Source: an uncultured Candidatus Saccharibacteria bacterium
GTDB taxonomy: Bacteria > Patescibacteriota > Doudnabacteria > UBA920
Assembly: GCA_964512925.1 (NCBI GenBank)
Contig: CAZEKH010000001.1
Span: 39,445-103,444 of the forward strand
Direction of reading: 5' to 3'
Length of the DNA stretch: 64,000 nucleotides
In this document: in pieces, positions 40,349 to 48,054 of the stretch
How positions within the stretch are numbered: the stretch's first letter is position 1
How the letters are laid out: every line of letters begins with the position of its first letter
Notes under the pieces: generated by a model
Told to the model about the DNA's origin: nothing
The model's database searches: none
What the model saw: the letters and a program-made list of their open reading frames with translations, nothing else
Translations under genes and position numbers: made by a program

Positions 40349-40885
40349 ATGAAACTCACGGCCGGATACGACTTGCCGCTCGCGGCACAATTTTTTCGCC
40401 GATCGTTTACGGATATTATTGTGGGTGGAGGTGTGCCTGGTGTCCACTTTCTACCGATAGAGGTTGACTGGATGTCAGAGAGACTTGGTCAGACAACCAC
40501 CATCAATCTGGATCGCAAATTTGGAGGAGTGTGGTTTAAGGGAGATGCCAAATCCCTTGCGGCAGCCACTAGGACATACAACCGCAATAGAGTCATGCTC
40601 CAAGCCGCAGAAATCGCCGCTGTGTCATTAATGGCTTACAAGGGTCTGATCCAGCAGGGTGGATTGATTCCACAAAAAGATGATACTCATCAAATCTGTT
40701 CAGCCCTGTTCCTAAATGCATCAAAGTGGCCATATCACACAGAACAAACCAAGTTTGTTTTGGCCAGACTTTCGCTTCATACCGTACCCTGGCTGAAACT
40801 ACTGAGTCTGGTTCCTAGAAACGACTTGATTGAGATGATCTGGAACAGACCATCTTCAATTCTTGTTCTGCCAGGCGACGAATAG
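40349..40885 (+). CDS. Hypothetical protein
   Basis: AGGAGG SD; terminator hairpin at ~40914-40950. Confidence 0.6.
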   Translation: MKLTAGYDLPLAAQFFRRSFTDIIVGGGVPGVHFLPIEVDWMSERLGQTTTINLDRKFGGVWFKGDAKSLAAATRTYNRNRVMLQAAEIAAVSLMAYKGLIQQGGLIPQKDDTHQICSALFLNASKWPYHTEQTKFVLARLSLHTVPWLKLLSLVPRNDLIEMIWNRPSSILVLPGDE

Positions 40886-41013
40886 CCAGAGTTTGTAAAT
40901 TGATGATACGAGATTCCCCCGGCACGCTGTAAATATGCGTGCCGGGGATCATTTTTTAAAAAATATTTTTTCTGTAGGCATTTGTAGCGCATCTTTGCAG
41001 TTTCTGTAACCCC

Positions 41014-41042
41014 TAGACAAAACCTAAAATATTTGCTATTCT
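41014..41042 (+). promoter_or_regulatory. Sigma70 promoter with extended -10
   Basis: TAGACA-17 nt-TATTCT, preceded by TGC. Confidence 0.55.
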
Positions 41043-41047
41043 ATATG

Positions 41048-41275
41048 TAGAAAAGCTATTTCTTCTTCCGCCAACTGGCGGAGAGAACGAAACAAAAACT
41101 ATCGCTTGGCCAAAATTAGCCAGGCAACATAAAAAAATTTAAAACCGCCAAAATTAGCGGTTTCTCAACTCCCTTCATTTCAGGGGGTTCGGCTAAAAGG
41201 TTTGCTTTTAGTCACAATCTCTTCTTTAGGCTTTTTCTAAAAAACCTCTCCCCAAGTAAGGGGATAGGTTTTTTC
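41048..41275 (+). ncRNA. Candidate stand-alone structured RNA
   Basis: Promoter, 5'/3' closing stem, five internal hairpins (two with an identical CAAAATTA loop), intrinsic terminator; no ORF in the track. Confidence 0.5.
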
Positions 41276-41375
41276 AATTATTCCACAATACACAAACCAA
41301 ACCCATAGATTCGATCTAGTTTATCTTTTTTTCATTTTAAGTTAAAATATAAAAACATTAACCACAAATATCCAT

Positions 41376-41648
41376 ATGGACGAAGAAGAACTAAAAATTT
41401 GGTACGAAGAAAAATATCATAAACTTTTAGGCATAACTTTTGAAGAATGGCTGGAATCCAGCCCTAAAAGTGAAGACCAGGCTTACGCGCGTATGGAAGA
41501 TATTGACCGCGAACTGAAGGCAACCGAGGACGAATATCACGACTCCACTGGCGATGAAAAATGGCAGTTGGAAGAGTATAGGGAAAAAATGCGCAACGAA
41601 TACCAGATGCTTGAAGAAATGTTCGGTCTTCAAAGTCATGATGAGTAA
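41376..41648 (+). CDS. Small acidic hypothetical protein
   Basis: 90-aa E/D-rich ORF with ATG start. Confidence 0.65.
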   Translation: MDEEELKIWYEEKYHKLLGITFEEWLESSPKSEDQAYARMEDIDRELKATEDEYHDSTGDEKWQLEEYREKMRNEYQMLEEMFGLQSHDE

Positions 41649-41756
41649 AATTTTCATTTATCAATTTTCCCAACAAAGCGGAACTCCAAAGAACATTGGG
41701 ACAATTTTATATCAACCAAAAAAGTAAACAATCAAACCTTAAGTTACATTATTTAA

Positions 41757-43901
41757 ATGTTTCAAATTGTTGTATTTTACATTATTTTTTCCTTGTTTGG
41801 ATTTTTAGGCCTGCCCCTGGTCAGAAGGGCGGGTCTTTCAGAAAAAGCACCTGTGCTTTGGGTGGCGGGAAAAATAGCCGGGCTTTTAACATTTGGTTAC
41901 TTAGTTTGGTTCTTAGCTTCCCTAAATCTTTTAGACTATCAAAACAAACTTGTAATCAGCCTAGGATTTTTGACTTTTGGCATCTACGGAATTTTTGATA
42001 CCTATAAACATTTAAGCGGTAAAACCAGACCTGAAAAAAAATCCTGGCTGCTGTCACTTGTAAAAACCGAGGCAATTTCTTCAGTGTTATTTTTAGCCTA
42101 TCTATACATCAGGTCATACCATCCGGATATCTATGACACTGAAAGATTTATGGATATGGCGTGGCTGACCTCTTCTGGGAAAACCAGCACATTCCCTTTT
42201 TTAGATCCCTGGTATCAGGGTAAAACCGTCAACTACTATTACTACGGCTCATATCTAATGAGCCTTATAGCCAACTTAGGACGGGTGCCATATGTTTACG
42301 CTTATACAGCGGCTTTGGGAGTTTTGTATTCCGGCGCCTGTATGCTGGCCGGAGTATTAACTTATGAGATCACCGCAAAAAAATCCTATGCCGCTTTATC
42401 AGCTTTTTTAGTCACCACGGCTGGCACGCTTTTTTACTCGGGTTGTGTTTTAAAAGGGTTTTTTCAAACCCCGGAAACGGTTTGTTCGTGGACGTCTTCA
42501 ACGCGCCTGTTTACTCCTTCATACATCATCAACGAAATTCCATCATATAGTTTTACAGTCGGGGATTTACACGCTCATTTTTTAGCCCTGCTCCCATTTT
42601 TGTTTAATTTGATCCTGGTCTATGGATTTGTTAAAACTGAAAAACCGAACAAATTATTAACTGTACTTTTATCTTTTGGTTTTGCAACTTCTTTCTTATC
42701 CAATTCCTGGGATGCCATAACTCTCAGTGTTTTATTGGCTTTGGCCGTGTTATATAAGTTTTACGAAACTCATGAACAACAAGGAAGACATTATATAGCT
42801 AGGATAAAAAGTATCAGTCCTTTTATTGTTTCCGCGGGGCTTGCGGGTTTGTTGTCTGGACTGATGATTCTTCCATACATCCTCAAATTCCATCTGCCGG
42901 TTTTGGGTTTCAAATTTGTGCCACAATATGTGTGGACCAACAAACTTATAAATTCCCAGTGGCCAACGCCTTTTTCCGCCTTTTTTGGAATGTGGGGTGT
43001 ATTTCTGATTGGAATTTTCTGGCCTTTATGGCATTTAAGAAAAAAACTTGTAGAACTAAAGTTTCCGCTGCTTTTAACCGCGACTTCGTTATTTTTTCTC
43101 GTTTTTGTAGAGTTATTTTTTGTGGCAGATATTTATTCAGTGGCCAATCCGCCCTATTTTAGAGCCAACACAGTGTTTAAGTTTGGCTATCATATTTGGA
43201 TTATGCTGTCTGTTGCGTTTAGCGTTATGCTTTGGGCGATTTTAAACCCCCAGAGCTTTTCTCTCAACTCTAAGAAAAAAGCAGTTTTTCAAAACAAATA
43301 TTCAGGTTGGATAAAATTTGGCGTATGCGTGTTTATATTTTTCAGCCTATACTACCCGTACCAGGCATTAAAGCAATATTACGGATTGTTTGGTGGCAGT
43401 TTCAAATCAGCGTTCGGTCGATCCTTAGACGGCTCGGAGTTTATGAAAAATACTGGCATTGGCGACTATGAAGCGGTTAAATTTATCAACCAACATATCC
43501 AAGGCAGGAAAGTCTTGATGGAAGCCGTGGGTGACAGCTATAAATACAACGGCAGGATTTCGGTTTTTACCGGAATGATCAACCCCATCAATTGGCTGTC
43601 TCACGAATGGACTTGGAGGCTGGATGCTGAAGCGGCAAAAAAAGCCAAGCCCGGAGAGCAGGTAGAGACCGGTTACGGCAAAGTTTCTGCCATTGGTCAG
43701 GATGTAAAAACAATTTACGAGACGCCGGATGTAAATATGGCCAAAAGCTTGCTTGGAAAATATCAGGTTAAATATGTTTATATCGGCTCTTTAGAGTGGA
43801 GCACATACCCGGCTTTGCAAGAAAATAAATTTGCATCTTTGGGAAAAATTATCTACGACGCAAACGGAGTTAAAATATACCAAGTAGTAGGTAGTAGATA
43901 G
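41757..43901 (+). CDS. DUF2298 (YYY) membrane protein, GT-C-like
   Basis: TERFMD, DPWYQG...NYYYYG, INEIPSYSF..GDLHAH, NTVFKF, W..HE..WR. Confidence 0.85.
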   Translation: MFQIVVFYIIFSLFGFLGLPLVRRAGLSEKAPVLWVAGKIAGLLTFGYLVWFLASLNLLDYQNKLVISLGFLTFGIYGIFDTYKHLSGKTRPEKKSWLLSLVKTEAISSVLFLAYLYIRSYHPDIYDTERFMDMAWLTSSGKTSTFPFLDPWYQGKTVNYYYYGSYLMSLIANLGRVPYVYAYTAALGVLYSGACMLAGVLTYEITAKKSYAALSAFLVTTAGTLFYSGCVLKGFFQTPETVCSWTSSTRLFTPSYIINEIPSYSFTVGDLHAHFLALLPFLFNLILVYGFVKTEKPNKLLTVLLSFGFATSFLSNSWDAITLSVLLALAVLYKFYETHEQQGRHYIARIKSISPFIVSAGLAGLLSGLMILPYILKFHLPVLGFKFVPQYVWTNKLINSQWPTPFSAFFGMWGVFLIGIFWPLWHLRKKLVELKFPLLLTATSLFFLVFVELFFVADIYSVANPPYFRANTVFKFGYHIWIMLSVAFSVMLWAILNPQSFSLNSKKKAVFQNKYSGWIKFGVCVFIFFSLYYPYQALKQYYGLFGGSFKSAFGRSLDGSEFMKNTGIGDYEAVKFINQHIQGRKVLMEAVGDSYKYNGRISVFTGMINPINWLSHEWTWRLDAEAAKKAKPGEQVETGYGKVSAIGQDVKTIYETPDVNMAKSLLGKYQVKYVYIGSLEWSTYPALQENKFASLGKIIYDANGVKIYQVVGSR

Positions 43902-43982
43902 CCTGCCCGAATGCAAAGCAAACAAATAAGTAGTAAAATTTTGGCAATCCTTCGCAATTATATAATATTGGGCAATTAATTT

Positions 43983-44735
43983 ATGCTTTACGTTGTTGCA
44001 ACACCAATTGGAAATTTGGGGGATATAACCCTCCGCGCAATCGAGGTTTTAAAGTCTTGCGATTTTGTGATTGCGGAAAACCCAGGGTACTCACGGAGGC
44101 TTTTAGAATATATAGATGGGTTACCATTAAATTCCAATATTATAAAAACGCTGACTGAGGATATTTACCCTGGATCCCGGATCGAGTCCGGGATGACAGC
44201 TAAAATTAGCCGCAAAGAAGTTTGTCAATTTGCGGAACATAACGAACAACAGGTAGTCAAAGAACTTTCCAGAAGGCTGATAAAAGAAACCGCCTGCCTT
44301 ATAACTGACGCCGGGACTCCGGGCGTTTCTGACCCAGGCTTTAGGCTGGTAAGAGAGTGCGTTGCGCAAGGTGTTGAAGTATTACCTATCCCAGGAGCCA
44401 ATGCCGCCGTTGCCGCGCTTTCTGCAAGTGGACTTCCAACTGACAAATTTATGTTTTTAGGTTTCCTTCAAAAAACAGCGGCTAAAACCGTGTCCGCCCT
44501 ACAGTCTGCAGAAAGCGCGGAAGCCACGGCGATTTTCTATGAATCCCCGGAAAGAATTATAAAAACCCTAAGCTACATCTCCAACGCTTTTCCAAACAGC
44601 CGGGTGGTTGTGGCCAGGGAACTTACCAAGCTCCACGAAGAATTTTTACGCGGAAACCCGGACGAGGTCATCCAGATGCTTAAAGAAAAGCCTTCAATAA
44701 AAGGCGAGCTGACCGTATTAATTTCATTTAAATAA
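43983..44735 (+). CDS. rsmI: 16S rRNA C1402 2'-O-methyltransferase with an in-frame insertion
   Basis: LYVVATPIGNLGDITLRA, DAGTPGVSDPG, FYESPER, ARELTKLHEE. Confidence 0.95.
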   Translation: MLYVVATPIGNLGDITLRAIEVLKSCDFVIAENPGYSRRLLEYIDGLPLNSNIIKTLTEDIYPGSRIESGMTAKISRKEVCQFAEHNEQQVVKELSRRLIKETACLITDAGTPGVSDPGFRLVRECVAQGVEVLPIPGANAAVAALSASGLPTDKFMFLGFLQKTAAKTVSALQSAESAEATAIFYESPERIIKTLSYISNAFPNSRVVVARELTKLHEEFLRGNPDEVIQMLKEKPSIKGELTVLISFK

Positions 44736-44741
44736 AATTGT

Positions 44742-44771
44742 TTGACAACAGTATTACAGATGTAATACAAT
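44742..44771 (+). promoter_or_regulatory. TA promoter with palindromic operator
   Basis: TTGACA...TACAAT overlapping GTATTACA-GA-TGTAATAC. Confidence 0.7.
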
Positions 44772-44778
44772 TATAAAT

Positions 44779-45009
44779 ATGAGAACAATACTTAACCTTT
44801 CAATCCCCCCCCAAACTGCCACAGTAATAAAAAAGCGCGCTAAAATGCGTGGCTTTACTAGCACAAGCAGCTACATCCGCTTTCTTATTGATTCAGATAA
44901 TGACAACTTAATAACAGAAAAACAACTTTTACAAATAGCAAAAAAAGCTGACGCTGACTACAACACCGGAAAGTTGATTAAAGCTAAATCACTAACGGAG
45001 TTGCTATAG
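44779..45009 (+). CDS. Ribbon-helix-helix antitoxin
   Basis: RTILNLSIP beta strand, GFTSTSSYIRFLI; directly upstream of the toxin. Confidence 0.75.
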   Translation: MRTILNLSIPPQTATVIKKRAKMRGFTSTSSYIRFLIDSDNDNLITEKQLLQIAKKADADYNTGKLIKAKSLTELL

Positions 45010-45012
45010 CAT

Positions 45013-45285
45013 ATGGTAGTAACCGACATATTTTATGGCCAGGATTTTGTAAAGCAATTTAAAAAACTGCCGAAAGAAATTCAGGTTTTTTCGATATCCA
45101 AAGAAAAATTATTTAAAGAAAACCCCCTACACCCCTCACTAAGGCTACACGGTTTGAAAGGAAAACTGGATGGCCTTTTTTCTATTTCAATAAACTTAAG
45201 CTATAGAATCATTTTTAAAAGAAAAGAGAATGGAAATATTATTTTTATCTCTATAGGCAAACATAATATATATAAAAATCTATGA
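45013..45285 (+). CDS. RelE/ParE family toxin
   Basis: F.KQFKKLP, F.ENPLHPSLRLH.LKG.L, SISINLSYRIIF, IG.H. Confidence 0.88.
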   Translation: MVVTDIFYGQDFVKQFKKLPKEIQVFSISKEKLFKENPLHPSLRLHGLKGKLDGLFSISINLSYRIIFKRKENGNIIFISIGKHNIYKNL

Positions 45286-46001
45286 GCGGACACTCTAAAT
45301 GGAGCCAAATAAAAAGAACAAAGGGCGCGCTCGACCAAAAGCGCGGGCTTTTATTTTCCAAACTTTCCAAAAAAATTTCCATTGCGGTCAAAGAAGGCAG
45401 GGGCAGCGGGGATCCAAACGCAAACTTTAAACTGAAAGGCGCCATAGAATACGCCAAAGGCTTGGGTATGCCCAATGACAACATAGACAGGGCTATAAAG
45501 GCGGCAACAGGCGCAGGAGCCCAAACTATCCACGAAGCTGTATACGAAGGCTATGGGCCCTTTGGCACGGCCTTTTTAGTTGAATGCGCCACAGACAATA
45601 CTAACCGCACCTTTCAAAACATAAGACATATATTTTCTGAGCATAACGGATCCATTGGCGCCCAAGGCTCGGTTGCCTGGCAATTTGAAACCAAAGGACA
45701 AATACTCGTAGAGCGTGACCAAAATATTGCAAACCTGGAACTTATAGCCATTGACGCGGGAGCAAAAGACGTAAGGGAAAGCCAGGAAGGGCTTGAGGTT
45801 TACACGGATATACACAATTTAAACGAAATTAAAACTGTTCTGGCAGCAGCGGGCGCTAAAATTGCCAAAGCGGAAATAATAAAAGAGTCTTCCCAAGGCG
45901 TTGATCTTACCGAAGACCAAAAACCAAAAGTTGACGCACTATTTGCAGCCTTAGAAAATGATGAAGACGTTATTTCTGTTCATACCTCCGCTAATCTATA
46001 A
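45282..46001 (+). CDS. yebC: YebC/PmpR family protein
   Basis: MSGHSKWSQIKR, YEGYGP, TDNTNRT. Confidence 0.95.
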   Translation: MSGHSKWSQIKRTKGALDQKRGLLFSKLSKKISIAVKEGRGSGDPNANFKLKGAIEYAKGLGMPNDNIDRAIKAATGAGAQTIHEAVYEGYGPFGTAFLVECATDNTNRTFQNIRHIFSEHNGSIGAQGSVAWQFETKGQILVERDQNIANLELIAIDAGAKDVRESQEGLEVYTDIHNLNEIKTVLAAAGAKIAKAEIIKESSQGVDLTEDQKPKVDALFAALENDEDVISVHTSANL

Positions 46002-46036
46002 GTCTTCCATAATACATAATACTTAATTCAATATAC

Positions 46037-46525
46037 ATGATAGTTCTCGGTATTGATCCCGGAACAGCCACCACCGGTTATGGCATAATCCAAACTCAAA
46101 AAAACCAGCTTCAGCTGGTGGATTTTGGCATTATTTCCACTGATAAAAAACTGTCAGACTCGGAACGTTTGGAAATTCTTGGCAGCGATGTGGAAGAGTT
46201 GATAAAAAAATACAAACCAAAATGCGTTGGGGTAGAGAAACTATTTTTTACCACCAACCAAAAAACTGTAATGACAGTATCGCAAGCCAGGGGAGTTGTG
46301 TTGTATGTTTGCAAAAAAGCCGGCATTCCGATACTGGAATACACACCGCTTCAGGTAAAAAGTTTTATCTGCGGTTATGGCAAAGCGGACAAAAAACAAG
46401 TGCAGTTTATGGTACAAAAAACCTTTGCCTTAAAAAAACCGCCCAAACCAGATGACGCGGCAGACGCCATAGCCATCGCCCTATGTGCCGGACATTTTTT
46501 TAAACAAATAAACAGGCTTAAATAA
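46037..46525 (+). CDS. ruvC: Holliday junction resolvase
   Basis: LGIDPG, VEKLFF, QARG, GYGKADK, DDAADA. Confidence 0.97.
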   Translation: MIVLGIDPGTATTGYGIIQTQKNQLQLVDFGIISTDKKLSDSERLEILGSDVEELIKKYKPKCVGVEKLFFTTNQKTVMTVSQARGVVLYVCKKAGIPILEYTPLQVKSFICGYGKADKKQVQFMVQKTFALKKPPKPDDAADAIAIALCAGHFFKQINRLK

Positions 46526-46630
46526 CAACTGGACATAATTTTTTTTAAACAGTATAATTTTTCTACAATTCTTTTGAATTGAAACTAATCATTCGTTTTG
46601 CTAAACAAAACGAAAAGAAAGGTAAAAACA

Positions 46631-46750
46631 ATGTATTTATTTGAAGACAAACCCATAGCTGATGATATGACTGACGCGGGCTCTGCTGACGACACTGCGG
46701 CGGATGAAACAACAGAAGAAAAAAAAGATGAAGAAACTTCAGAAATGTAA
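46631..46750 (+). CDS. 39-aa highly acidic small protein (not in the ORF track)
   Basis: MYLFEDKPIADDMTDAGSADDTAADETTEEKKDEETSEM*; promoter TGGACA-17-TATAAT (46530-46558), GAAAGG SD, terminator at 46776-46804. Confidence 0.6.
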   Translation: MYLFEDKPIADDMTDAGSADDTAADETTEEKKDEETSEM

Positions 46751-46812
46751 TTTTTGATCTAATCATAAATTACAAAAATCTCCCCGATATATTGGGGAGA
46801 TTTTAAATTTCA

Positions 46813-47976
46813 CTATTTCAACTTTACAAATTTTCTTTTTCCGACCTGAATCAGTATCTCATTTTTGCCATCAATTTCAATTAGCCTGTCTTCTGCTGTC
46901 TCTTGGTTTATTTTAACCCCTTTTTGTTCAATAAGTCTGCGGCTTTCGGTTTTACTGGAAGACATACCCACAGAAACCAATAGCTCTGACAATTTATAAT
47001 TTCCGGGTTTTAGTTGTTTGGTTTCTATATCTTCCGGCAAATCGCCTTTAGAGAATTGGCTAATAAATCCATCTTTGGCTAAAACCGCTTCCTTGTCTCC
47101 GTGGTACAGCCTGGTTACCTCTTCGGCCAGTTTTAATTTTTGATCTCTAGGATTTGGCAATTTTAAAATCTGATCAACCTCTTCTAAAGATACGCGGGTT
47201 GCCAAAGTAAAATATTTTTTTATCAGGCTATCCGGGATAGACATTATTTTTCCAAACATCTCTTTGGGACTATCGGTGAGATTCACCGTATTGCCCCAGG
47301 AAGAAGACATTTTGCGCCCATCCGTGCCTTCCATCAGTTCGGTCATCAGGATGTTTTGCGGTCGCTGTTTATAGGCTGGCTGGATAGCACGGCCAGCCAG
47401 CAAGTTAAACCTCTGGTCAGTGCCGCCAAGTTCCACATCCGCCTTTACTGCCACTGAATCATACCCCTGCATCAGGGGATACATAAGCTCTCTAAAAGAA
47501 ACCCGTTTTCCAGCTGAAAGTCTTTTAGCAATATTTTCCCTGGCGCAAAACTCATGCACGGAAAACAAGTCGGCTATTTTAGCAATCTCCATAAACCCAA
47601 GTTTTTTCAGCCATTTGGAGTTATAATGCATCTCGGCTTTTTTTGGGTCTATAATCTTTGAAGCCTGGGCAAAATAGCTTTTCAAATTGGCTTTAATGGT
47701 TTTCTCGTCAAGCATCGGACGTTCTGAGTCTTTATCTGAAGTGTCGCCCACAAGCCCGGTAAAGTCGCCAACTATAAAAACCACTTTGTGTCCCAGCTCC
47801 TGAAAAGCCCGAAGCTTCCACAACACCACGGCTCTGCCAATATGCAAATTGGGGGAAGTGGGGTCAATGCCCAATTTTACACGAAGTTTCTTTTTTGAAT
47901 TTAGTAAATTTTCTAAATCCTGCCTATCTATAACCTCACTTACCCCCCGAGTTAAAAGTTCTTGAATTTGGTTCAT
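46813..47976 (-). CDS. tyrS: Tyrosine--tRNA ligase
   Basis: GIDPT..LHIG, YPLMQGYD, GGTDQ.FN, KMSSS, C-terminal S4 domain. Confidence 0.97.
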   Translation of the reverse strand: MNQIQELLTRGVSEVIDRQDLENLLNSKKKLRVKLGIDPTSPNLHIGRAVVLWKLRAFQELGHKVVFIVGDFTGLVGDTSDKDSERPMLDEKTIKANLKSYFAQASKIIDPKKAEMHYNSKWLKKLGFMEIAKIADLFSVHEFCARENIAKRLSAGKRVSFRELMYPLMQGYDSVAVKADVELGGTDQRFNLLAGRAIQPAYKQRPQNILMTELMEGTDGRKMSSSWGNTVNLTDSPKEMFGKIMSIPDSLIKKYFTLATRVSLEEVDQILKLPNPRDQKLKLAEEVTRLYHGDKEAVLAKDGFISQFSKGDLPEDIETKQLKPGNYKLSELLVSVGMSSSKTESRRLIEQKGVKINQETAEDRLIEIDGKNEILIQVGKRKFVKLK

Positions 47977-48054
47977 AAAAATTGCTAAAAAATCAATAAT
48001 ATGTGGAATTATAACATCTTTTCAGCATTTATAAAAACAGTTATAATAAGCTAT

